From contig NC_081372.1 in assembly GCF_030684315.1 (NCBI RefSeq), positions 51,246,987 through 51,310,986 on the forward strand: a DNA stretch of 64,000 nucleotides, given 5' to 3'. Source of the stretch: Stegostoma tigrinum. Lineage: Eukaryota. A program made the translations under genes and the position numbers. Below the pieces are notes generated by a model. That model was given only the letters and a program-made list of their open reading frames with translations, was not told the DNA's origin and did no database searches. Each line of letters opens with the position of its first letter. Positions within the stretch are counted from its first letter, which is position 1. Shown here piece by piece: positions 1-10,470 of the stretch.

Positions 1-650
1 CTCAGTTCACAATAAACAACTGTACCTCCCAGTCGCGAACCATTTTAACACCCCCTCCCATTCCTTAGATGACATGTCCATCCTGGGCCTCCTGCAGTGC
101 CACAATGGTGCCACCTGAAGGTTGCAGGAACAGCAACTCATATTCCGCTTGGGAACCCTGCAGCCCAATGGTATCAATGTGGACTTCTGAAGCTTCAAAA
201 TCTCCCTTTCCCCCACTGCATCCCAAAAACAGCCCAGTTCATCCCCTCCCCCCACTGCATCCAAAAACCAGCCCACCTCGTCCCCGCCTCCCTAACCTGT
301 TCTTCCTCTCACCTATCCCCTCCTCCCACCTCAAGCCGCATCTGCATTTCCCACCTACCAGCCTGATCCTCCCCCTTGAACTGTCCGTCCTCCCCAGACT
401 GACCTATCCCCTCCCCACCTCCCCACCTAGACTCTCCTCTCCACCTATCTTCTCCTCCATCCATTTTGGACCGCCTCCCCCTCTCTCTCCCTATTTATTT
501 CAGAACCCTATCCCCAACCCCCTCTCTGATGAAGGGTCTAGGCCCGAAACATCAGCTTTTGTGCTCCTGACATGCTGCTGGGCCTGCTGTGTTCATCCAG
601 CTTCACACTTTATTATCTTGGATTCTCCAGCATCTGCAGTTCCCATTATC
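1..650 (+). mobile_element. Penelope-like retroelement 3' fragment (GIY-YIG endonuclease C-terminus, C-rich UTR, pseudo-LTR end)
   Basis: Frame from base 2 reads SVHNKQLYLPVANHFNTPSHSLDDMSILGLLQCHNGAT*RLQEQQLIFRLGTLQPNGINVDF*, the VAxHF...E..LI..L.TL.P.G.N motif typical of Penelope GIY-YIG domains, with an in-frame stop. It is followed by a C-rich tract and a terminus ending ...ccagcatctgcagttcccattatc. Confidence 0.85.
522..556 (+). ncRNA. Minimal hammerhead-ribozyme-like motif in the Penelope terminus (probably decayed)
   Basis: CTGATGA (526-532), a stem II-like agggtctaggccc, GAAAC (546-550), then ATC where the related copy at about 3705 has GTC. Minimal hammerheads are known in Penelope pseudo-LTRs. 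Confidence 0.55.
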
Positions 651-779
651 TCTGGTCTTGACATCTGCCCAGCATGTAGATAAAGATGTAACGATGTCCT
701 ATCAATTGAAGGTGCCTACAATGAATGTCTGGCTTGCAGTGATGAGACCATTCGCAATTTGAAGCAACTTTTCAAAAGT

Positions 780-1270
780 TCATTAACAGAATGTCATAAT
801 CACTGGCTGGGCCAATATTTATTGTCCATCTCTAGTTATCCTTGAGAAGCTGTTGAATTCTCAAGCCACTGTTGTCCATTTTGCGCAGTAGGCACACAAT
901 GCCTGCCTGGAGGGAGTTCCATGATTTTGACCCAAAGATACAGAGAAAATGGAGATTTCATTTCAAGTCAGTATGTTGAGTTGCTTAAAGGGAAATGTGC
1001 AGGTGGTGGTGTTCCCATGTATTTGCTGCCATTTTACTTCTAGTTGGGAGTGGTTATGGGTTGGGGATATTTTGCCGATGGGACCTTGGTGAATTTCTGT
1101 GGTGCATCTTATATATGGTACACATAACTGCCATTAACTTGGTGCTTTTGGGATTGAATGTTTTTGAATGTGGTACCAATCAACTGGCTTTTGTTGCGAG
1201 ATGATGTGATGGCTTTTGAGTGTTGTTGGAGCTAAACATATTCAGGCAATTGGGAAGTAATCCATTACAC
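780..1270 (-). mobile_element. Decayed non-LTR retrotransposon (CR1/L2-clade) fragment
   Basis: Resembles a recurrent shark LINE antisense segment (ggccaatatttattgtccatc...gggagttcc...caagtcag...gtgcaggtggtggtgttcccatgt...gcatctt). Shorter versions recur in the array units. Confidence 0.6.
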
Positions 1271-1289
1271 CCAACTACTGTAAGAGGGT

Positions 1290-2020
1290 TGATGAAGGTT
1301 CTGGGAATGTTTAACTGCTGCCAAAATTTTGACCCCCAATTTTGCAGTAATAGCAATACCACCACAGCAAAGTAATATCTCAGGATGCATTGGGAAATGC
1401 TGATAGGATTACATCACGGCATTGATCACCATGGGAGGAATGTAATGATAAATAGGCGACATCAAAACTGGTGGAAGCTGGCAGTCAAAACTTGGGTGGT
1501 GAAATATTGCCAACAATATCAACCCTGCGGGCAATGCATCCCAGGGATAGCTATTCTTATTAAAATTTAAAGTCAACCCAGATCAGGGGAGCGATGAAAA
1601 ACCACTCAGCTGGTATTTACAGGGCTTATCCCTTCCATGCTGAGGGTTCAAAGATACTGTTTAGTTATAATGGATCACTACCCATTGGTTGGAGGCATTC
1701 GAGTCATGGGATTGCACTGCAACGACCATTGCACGCATATTAGCCAAGGAAGTGATTGCCTGGTGGGGAGTCCCCTCTCAGATGGATTCTGATCAGGGAG
1801 CCCATTTCACCAGAAAAGTGGCGAAAGAGACCTGGAAACTAATGGCAACAAATCAACTTCCACATGCCCTACAATCCGCAGTGTTCTGGGCTGGTGGTAG
1901 CAATGAACTGCACTCTGAAGACCTTGCTGGCCTGGAGCATAGCAGCAAACAGGAAGATCCTGGGAAGGTGTTCTCCCAGAATTCTCATGAGGTTGCAAAC
2001 CACTACCAACTGCCTTAAGC
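1290..2020 (+). mobile_element. Endogenous retrovirus pol/integrase fragment, frameshifted
   Basis: HHCC zinc-finger remnant (HGIDHHG...NWWK...CQQYQPC), then RYCLVIMD, EAF..CTATTIARILAKEVIAWWGVPSQMDSDQGAHFT and HMPYNPQCSGLV..MN.TLK in shifting frames, consistent with a retroviral DDE integrase core. Confidence 0.85.
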
Positions 2021-3139
2021 CCTAAGGAGTTTCAATTTACATGCTCCACAGTAACCAGATTAAAACAAACACCTCAGCTACGACCACTGCCCTGATAACC
2101 AGCACAGCTGAGCCAACACAGCAGGAGGTATGAAGGGATAGGAAGCTCCAAAGCTCACATTGTAAGTGTGGATTAAGGGTTACAGATAAAACACAGGAAC
2201 ATGGAAATGTGGAATGTGCCTTGATCCCATTGAATTGCCAATCAATCTTCAGGGTCCAAACAGTCCACCCCTGTTTCTATCTTATGGTCTTATAAATAAG
2301 TTATTACTAGGGCTTCACTTGTAAATGCTACGGACATACAGATAGTCCGAACATGGTTAGAACAACTCATTGAGGCAGTCTGAGCCCTGATGTGAAATAA
2401 AACTTATCTGGTCAAGGAAATGAGCCAGATAGGACGAAAGACAGTAGACCAGCTGCTCGCAGGGCGGTCACGAACCACTCTGCCAAAACTATCAAGTTGT
2501 TGATACGCAAGCAAGAGAGTATTCACAGCAAGCAGGTTAAACTAAATATTTGCCATGAATGTGGTGGCGAGATAATAGGAAAGGTCTACCAGAATTTTAC
2601 ACATCCCTCAAGGATCTGGGCCTCTCCACCAACTTGATTGGTCACCAGAGAAGGAGGCAAGAAGCCCAGGGCTGAGATAGTCTCATATATGTTAACATGG
2701 GTGGGTATGCCAAGCACTAAAATTGTAGACTGTACAGGCAGACACCAACAAATTAGGAATATGAGGATCAAACATAGTTTTAGTGTGTTTGTGCCGAGAA
2801 GGCATTGTGACATGACATCTTTGTTTGAGGAAACAGTAGTGCTAAATTTTCAAGGCCACAGTCAGAATGAGTTTGGTAGAGACAATCCCGGTAAATCATT
2901 GGTCACTGCTGCTGGAAATCACATACTGCATAGTTAGGAGATCCCAATCTGATCATGTGTTTTCATGTGATCTTGGGACAAGGCTCGGGGTAGTTGTGTT
3001 AAGCTGTGTCAGTCTGTGTAACTGAATGCTGTAAGAAATGTGCAATCAAAACGTGTTGAGTCACAGCGTATAAGTGATGCAGTTTTATAATTCAGGGAGA
3101 ATGAAAGTGGAGAGCTGAGCTTCTGCTGAAGAAAATAAC

Positions 3140-3810
3140 CACATCTTCCATGTGAACCACTTTGTGGAGCTCCTACGCTCAGTGTATGACAAATGATACC
3201 ACCTCCCAGTCATGAACCACTTAATCTTCCCCCTCCCACTCCTTGGACAACATGTCCATCTTGGGCCTCCTGCAGTGCGGCAACGATGCTCCCCGAAGGC
3301 TGGAGGCACAGTGCCTCATATTCCACCTGGGTACTAGATGCCCAGTGGCTTCAATGGGGATTTCAAATGCTTCATTAGGTTCCCATCCCCAACCTCATCG
3401 CAAGGCCAGACCCTCTTGTCCCTGCCTTGTTGATCTCTCCGTCTTTTCTTCCACATATCCATTCCACTGGCCTCACTGATCAACCCTACCCCAACTCCCT
3501 ACCGACAATCACCTAGACTGGACTCATCCCGTGCTGCCTTCCCCCCTGCAACCCCCCCTGCCCCGCCAACCCACCACCTCCGGCCTGTCCATCTTCTCTC
3601 CACCTATGTGCTCTTCTCTCCGACTTCTATCATCACCTCCCCCTCTCGCTATATATTTCAGAGCCCCCTTCACCTCCCTGATTTCTAAAGAAAGGTCCAG
3701 ACCTAAAACGTCAGCTTTCCTGCTCCTCTGAGGCTGGCTGGCCGGCTGTGTTCATTCAGCTCTACACCTTGTTCTCTCAGACTCCAGCATCGGCAGTTCA
3801 TGCTGTCTCT
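3140..3810 (+). mobile_element. Second, more diverged Penelope-like 3' fragment
   Basis: Homologous to 1-650 (DNMSILGLLQCGNDAPRRLEAQCLIFHLGT, C-rich tract, degenerate hammerhead-like ctaaaga...aaaacgtcagc, terminus ccagcatcggcagttc). Confidence 0.8.
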
Positions 3811-4680
3811 GAACATAAAGCCGTTCTGTTTATACAAACAGAATTTCATGATATTATACTTTATGTCTCTGCTGTTGACCTCAATGCCCCTCACATCTCC
3901 TTTGAACTTTCTGCCTCTCTCCTCAAACACACAACCCTATTTCAGGAATTTCACTTCTGGAAAAAGATTCTCACAGTCAAGACTAGCTATGTATCTCATA
4001 ATTTTATGCACTTATATAAAGTCCACCCTCAATCTCAGCTGCTCCAGAAAAACAAACCAAGTTTTTTCCAGCCTCTCCTCATAGCTCACAATCCAGCAGC
4101 ACCTTGGTAAACCTCTTCTGCATCCTCTCCAAAGCCTCCACATCCTTCTTGTCATGTGGCAGCAAGAATTGAATGCAATATTCTAACTGTATATTTTTCC
4201 TTAACATTTGATCTCCCAAAGTACAGCATGTCATACTTACCCTGATTGAACTCCATCTGCCACGCTTCCGCACATACCCGTAACTAATCTATATCCTGGT
4301 GTATCCTTTGTCCACCTTCTATACTATCCACAACTCCAACGATCTTTGCATCTTCTGCACACTTACTAATCTGTCCATGTACATTTACATGCAAGTCATT
4401 TATGTATGTCCCAAACAGCAGTGGTCCCAGTATGAATCCTGCGGATCACCAGCTAGAAAAAGACTTCTACCATTACACTCTGCCTTCTATCGGCAAGTCA
4501 ATTCTGAATCCATGTGTCCAGGTCTCATGGATTCTATGCCTGTTAGTCTTCTGGAAGACCGTACCATGAGGCATCTTGTCAAAAGCCTTACGAAAATCCA
4601 TATAGACAACATCCACTGCTCTTCTCTCATCAATCATCATTGTCAGCTCCTTGAAAAATTCAATGAAGTTTTTAAGGCAT
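3811..4680 (-). mobile_element. CR1 LINE ORF2 (reverse transcriptase) fragment with internal deletions
   Basis: Minus-strand peptides IEFFKELTMMIDERRAVDVVYMDFRKAFDKMPHG and LEYCIQFLLPHDKKDVEALERMQKRFTK are CR1 RT and C-terminal motifs. Confidence 0.88.
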
Positions 4681-4985
4681 GAATTAGCCCTGGGAATGTT
4701 GCTGAACAAAGAGACCTTGGAGTGCAGGTTCACAGTTCCACGAAATTGAAGTTGCAAGTCAATGGAGTAGTTAAAAAGGCCTTTGATCTGTTTGCTTTTT
4801 TTGGTCAGTGCATTAAGTGTAGGATCTTGGTGGTCATTTTTTGGCTTCACAGGATATTGGTTAGGCTGCTTGGAATACCATTTTGAGTGCTTGTCTCACT
4901 GCTGCTAGAACAATGAAGTGAAACCTGAAAGGGCTCAGAAACCATTTAGAGGGATAATGCCAGAGTTGGAGGGTTTGAGCTATAA
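4681..4985 (+). mobile_element. CR1 ORF2 C-terminal fragment, opposite orientation to its neighbour
   Basis: gaacaaagagaccttggagtgcaggttcacagttcc (EQRDLGVQVHS) ... gaaagggctcagaaaccattt ... ttggagggtttgagctat. Confidence 0.75.
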
Positions 4986-5187
4986 GACCATAAGACATAG
5001 GAGTAGAAGTAAGGCCATTCAGCCCATCAAGTCACTCCGCCATTTAAATCATGGCTGATGGGCATTTCAACACAACTTTCCTGCACTCTCCCCGTTGCCC
5101 TTGATTCATTCTGTGATCAAGAATTTGTAGATCTCTGCCTTGAAGGCATCCAACGTCCCGGCCTCCACTGCACTCTGTGGCAATGAA
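4986..5187 (-). mobile_element. CR1 3' end fragment abutting the left edge of the array
   Basis: Antisense CR1 tail ataagaccataagacataggagtagaagtaaggccattcagccc...cactgcactctgtggcaatgaattcca. Confidence 0.7.
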
Positions 5188-6456
5188 TTCCAAGTCAGGA
5201 TGGTGAGTGACTTGGAGGGAAATGTGCAGGTGGTGGTGTTCCCATGTACTTGCTGCCGTTTTAGTTCCAGGTGGTAACGTTCATGGGATAAGCATATTTT
5301 TTCGACAGAACCTTGGTGAATTTCTGAATTGCATCTTGTAAATGGTGCTGAATGTATTGTTACACTACTTGATCCTTGATTTCATTTTTGTGTCTCATAC
5401 TTGAAATTGTGTGAGGCAATTGCCATCTCATTTTGCCTATAACACTAATTGTTGCACAGTGGATCAGTGGTTGGCACTGCTTCCTCACAGTGACAGAGAG
5501 CTGGGTGCAATTCCACCCTTGGCCAACTGTCTGTGTGGAATTTGCACATTCTCCCTGCGTGTACATGGGTTTACTCTGGCTACTGCATTTACTTCCTGCA
5601 GGCCAAAGAGGTGCATGTTAGGCAAACAAGCCATGCTAAATTGCCCATGGTGTCTTGGAGAGGGTAGATAGTGTCAATACTAAACCAACACAATATTGCA
5701 AACTTTTTTTTTATTTGCACATACCATCAAAGTCAAGTTTGTCATCACTGTTCTTCTCCCACGCCCTGATGAGTTCATGGAATTCCTCCTCTGTAACATG
5801 CTCCCAGCATCCTGGATAACATCATCCTGCTCATGACGATTGATGAAACATTCAGCATTGCAAGAGTCATCAAGAAAAGTATGAATATCTCCAATCCAGC
5901 AATGTTACCTACCATACCAAAATAGAAGTTGAGAAAAGATCATATCCATCTAATTTCACTTTCTTTCTGTCTGAAAATTTACATTATTTAATCTCATCAA
6001 GAAATCCAATTTAATCACTGGTGTACAACAAATCTGGATACCATGCACGAACACATGTGGAAATAGCTTCATAAACCTCACGTCTAAACTCACCTGTTTC
6101 ATCCAAAAATGATACAGTTCCCACACAATGCCTCAAATTTCTCAAGACCTGAATTCAATAGTGTGCCCTCTGCTTTGAAAGCAATTACAAGTCATTTGTC
6201 ATTATCACCTTCGATTATGTTCAACTGGAAATGGCTTCCCTTTAATTCCAATGATAATATTGAATCACACTTTCTGTTCTTCCACAATTTTGCCCACAGG
6301 ATGAGATTTGAAACTTTTCTCTTGGAGCATCAGCCTGAGCCACTGGCTGTCTAGCCCAGAGACATTTCCACGATCTTCCCGTCTCCCTGAAGTCAAAACA
6401 TGCTGTCTGTCCAAGTTGTCAAAATATCTATGAATTTGATATACATATTTGTTGTC

Positions 6457-6642
6457 ACCAGCTGCCTGCAACAGTCATAGACTCTCCAACTTTAAGGGCA
6501 TTTAAATGGTCATTGGATAAACATATGGATGGTAATGGAATAGTGTAGGTTGGGTGGACTTCAGATTGGTTTCACAGGACGGCGCAACATTAAAGACCGA
6601 ATGGCCTGTGCTGCACTGTAATGTTCTATGTTCTATGTTCTT
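6457..6642 (+). mobile_element. CR1 3' tail in intron 4 (also about 11337-11520, 27577-27757 and 46343-46523)
   Basis: gctgcctgcaacagt...gcatttaaatggtcattggat...gaccgaatggcctgtgctgcactgtaatgttctatgttctatgttct, a CR1-type 3' end with a (TTCTATG)n tail. Confidence 0.78.
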
Positions 6643-7099
6643 CGTAGAAGCGAAAGTAAACTCAACTGTTAATCTTTTCCTGAGGTGTATACCTAAGAAT
6701 TTCTAGTCTCATCCTCATAAATCCTTGAAGCACAATCTCCCGTACCTCTTATACCCTTTTTATGAAATGATGGAAGGTACTGCGTGAGACATATAATGCA
6801 GATGAAGCAAATTTCAATCCATGTTTGACAGTTGCTAGTTTTGCTGAAAATGTTTCTCGCACCAAATGTTTCTGTATTTCTACCTCAATTCAGGTTTGAA
6901 GAAATTGTTTTGGACCCAGACGCAAACACCGTTTACATGTCTCTAAAGATGGTGCTAAACACAGAGAGATTTTGTACTATTGTTCTAATTACAAGCTTCT
7001 GAAGCATTTTGTATAATGGATGTACTTCTTTTCTAAAATGGCTTCATTACATTAATGTCTAAGACACCATAATCTCACCAAATCATTGGGCTGTGTTTT

Positions 7100-7282
7100 T
7101 TATTAGAAAGAGATGAGTGATGATTAGTTTAAACTGAGGTTCACCAAGGGTCTTGAGTTCAGAGTTGAGAAGGAGAGTTACTGCTGGAATCCTCAGCTGG
7201 TGCAGGAAATAAACCCACACTGTTGGCTTTAGTCTGATTTGCAATCCAGCTGTCCAGGCAACTGAGCTCACCAGCCACCGAC
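7100..7282 (-). mobile_element. tRNA-derived SINE remnant in intron 4 (recurs in units retaining exon 4, e.g. about 17705-17880)
   Basis: Minus strand ggctggtgagctcagttgcctgg (A-box-like) ... gtgggtttatttcctgcaccagctgagg (B-box-like), followed by a non-tRNA body. Confidence 0.6.
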
Positions 7283-8879
7283 CCAATATTTAGGTTCAAG
7301 CACATATGCTTTTCTTTTTGCTTTGCTAATCTTTGAGAAAGCTTTTTCATTTTTCAACGCATACAATGGAGAAATTACTGCCTCAAAATGGAATTTCTCC
7401 ATGGCTCTACTTCCACCAAATTGGTCAAACATCAAACTCAATGATCAAAAAGACGAAATATTTCTGCCAAAGCTTCTTCGTACGTTCCTTTCTCCTCCTC
7501 TCTCATCTGCCTCGCCATAATCAACTGGAACCTTTTATAGCCAATTGTGCCGATACCTAAATTAAGAGGTCACTGAAAATAAGAACTGTCGATTGTTAAC
7601 CATGCACATTGGGAATGAAATGATGTTTGAAAAGAAGAGAAAATGCTAATGCTTAAGCTCAATGTGAGTGTTATTCAGCACTGGTGCAATCTGAGATTTG
7701 ATGAGCTTCCGGGAAAACCAAGACATCAATTCTAAGTGAATTGAAGTTAACGATTATGTACTCATTTGTGAAGATGTGAATTAAGTGAGATTTAGATTTA
7801 GATTCGACTATCATGTGTGGTCAAGTACAGAATTACAAAGGTACAGTGAAAAATGTATGATGTTGTCATAGATAGCCCCATCTCAGGCACAAATGCACCC
7901 AGGTCCAAAAAACTGAAGTACAAATTAGTAAGAGAAAAAGAGTTAAAGATAGATGCATTACCTTCACATAAACAAACAGAAGAATAAAGAAAAAAGCTAA
8001 TAGTTAACATTGCAGTCCACCTTACTGCAGTCTAGAAAGTAGAACAGCTATCTTACCTCCAGTATTTTTCTTACCTATGCGAGAAGGGATCATCAGAGAA
8101 ATATCATCACAGAGTAATACAAGAGCCAGCATAATTTGGTCCCTCCTGTAATTTGGGAAGACCAAACACACAGACTGGAAGACCATTTTGCTGAATGCTT
8201 CAGCACAGCTCACACGAATGCTCTCAGCTTTCAGTGACATTTCGTTCTAATGCTCCAAACTGACCTGAGGCTCATATCAGCTTGGCCTGCTGCACTGTCC
8301 CAGGGAATGTCAAGATTACAAACTGTGCCTCATCTTCGAATTAGGCATTTTATAGCAGTATGGACTCAAACATTTCATTCCATTTCACAGTGCACTCTAT
8401 TTCCTTTCCTTTTCTTTCCTTTTTAATATTAGATGAGCCAGCAGCACCCTTGCTGTCGGCACATTTTGGGTTATTAGTTTATTTTCTTGCCCCAAATCAA
8501 TTTCCTTTGGCCCCTGAAGACTGACTCTTCTGTCATCAGTTTTCCCTGTACTCCATTGCATCACAGATCTTTCTTTTGAACGAAAGATGGCGAGGTGGAG
8601 AACTAAAATGACAGGTCTCTGAAATCTGCATGATTAAAGAAAGAAGGCCCACATTGAACACCCAGCACTGGAAATATTTTTGGAATTTTCATGATTCCAT
8701 CACTCTGTCAGATTTCTCCACCTCCCAGGCCAACTTCCAGATTCTGTGAGTGGCTGCCTCCAGGTAGCAATTTTCCTCCAGGTAGGTTCATCTTGATATC
8801 TGTCCAGCATGCAGATAAAGATGTAGCGAGGTGCTATCAACTGGAGGTGCATACAATTAACGTGTGACTGTTTTGGTTG

Positions 8880-9145
8880 TTGGCCTTGAGCCACTGCCGT
8901 CCATTTAGTGCAGGTCAGCACACAATGTCTGCATGGAGGGAGTACCAGGTATTTGAAACAAAGACATGGTGTAAACGGAGACATAGTTCCAAGTCAGGAT
9001 GGTGGGTGGCTTGGAGGGGAAGGTGCAGGTGGTGGTGTTCCCAAGTACGTGCTGCTGTTGTCCTTCTAGGTGGTAATGTTCATGGGATAAGGACATTTTG
9101 TCGATAGAAGCTTGGTGAATTTCCGTTTTGCATCTTGTATATGGT
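8880..9145 (-). mobile_element. LINE fragment upstream of the gene copy (recurs in most units)
   Basis: Aligns by eye with 850-1120. Confidence 0.6.
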
Positions 9146-9249
9146 GATGAATGTATTGTTACACTACTTGCTCTTTGATTTCATGTATGTGTTTCATACT
9201 TTAAATTGTATGAGGCAATTGCCACCTCTTTTTGCCTATAACACTAAAG

Positions 9250-9590
9250 GCTGCACAGTGTCTCGGTGGATAGCACTGCTGCCTCACATAGAGATAAGTT
9301 CAGTTCTACCCTTGGCCAACTGTCTGCGTGGAGTTTGCATGTTTTCTCTGTGTGTACGTGGGTTTCCTCTGGTTACTCCACTTACTTCGTGTAGACCAAA
9401 GATGAGCCTGTTAGTGAACAAACCATGCTTAATTGCCCATGGTATCTTGGGGAGGGTAGACTAGATGAATAAGCCATGGGAAATACATGGTTACAAGGAT
9501 AGAGGAGCGTGAGGGATGCTCTTTGGAGGGTTGGTGCGGACTTGATGGACTAAGTAGACTGTTTCCACAATGTAAGGATTCTATGATAAA
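9250..9590 (+). mobile_element. HE1-like V-SINE (one or two per unit: about 5452, 14128, 14590, 19817, 24848, 25374, 28501, 33519, 38583, 43614, 44140, 47267, 52292, 56397, 61427, 61953)
   Basis: tRNA-like head (cagtggttagcactgctgcctcac...gttcaattcc), V-domain core (tgtggagtttgcacattctccc..gtgggtttcctc..ccaaagatgtgca.gttagg) and CR1-like tail (cctgtttccacactgta.ggattctatga). Confidence 0.8.
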
Positions 9591-10470
9591 ATGTAATGGT
9601 GCAATGGTTTACTCATAACAATCATTTCAGTGAACTGTCACCAACTGCAGCTTGTTGTGCTATAGACTGTGCTGTGATTCAGTTTGAAACATTCTTGTGT
9701 GTGAATTCAAATTTGTAGTTTCCAATCTGACACTGACAGCAGCTGATTAATGTGCAGTGAATGGCAGTGATAATGTTGCACTTTAAGATAATTTGTCATC
9801 TGGATGACAGCTGTCATCTGTGGATCCTGGGATATGATTTAAAAGGAGAACCAGAGAGGCCAATATTTATTCCTCATAATATCACAAAAGTGGCTTATCT
9901 ACGAATGTAGAATTTGCTGTGTGCAGTTTGTTGACGAAGTATTTTTCATGAACTGTTGAATACCCTTCGAAAATACTTCACTATTTATATGACTATCGAT
10001 ATATGCTGTGTTCATGAAAGATGTGCCATGTCAAGAAAATGGTTTTGCTGCCAATATATAGAAACTGCTTTTTCACTTTCTCATTTAACATTGTTGCCTG
10101 CTGGAAATAGAGGATAAATATCCAGAGAATCCCTGTCACTCACATGTGAAATGCAACAACTGGGTGGAAAAAATTGGCATTAACTTTATTAGGAAATGGT
10201 TTTGAATAAATTGTGCAGCGTTCCAGGCTGAGAGGAAAATCACTGAGCGTTTCATACATGTGCGATTGCTTCTTCCTCACAAAGAGAGAATTACAGTAGC
10301 TATGAAGCTGTTTGCTATATATGTAGCTCCAGTCCTGTCAAACAGATTTTGAATTCTTTGCAATCATTGAGTGTATTTCAGATATCTAGGCAGTTGACTG
10401 CAGAAGTGTGACGACACACATTTCATTAAATTGTTGTATCACAGTGGGTCGCTGATGGAAGTTGGCTGTT

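Larger units (their letters stand above)
5725..8240 (-). pseudogene. TNNC2-like: U1: troponin C C-half copy, pseudogene
   Basis: Exon A 8240-8075 with GTAAG donor. Exon 4 7556-7442 (IGTIGYKRFQLIMARQMREEEKGTYEEALAEIFRLFD) has donor GT>TT. Exon 5 5860-5725 is 136 nt (1-bp deletion) with acceptor AG>TG. Exon 6 is absent. Confidence 0.85.

Noticed and set aside
69-683. 204-aa proline-rich ORF
   Set aside because: An off-frame reading of the Penelope end and its C-rich UTR; low stop frequency follows from base composition.
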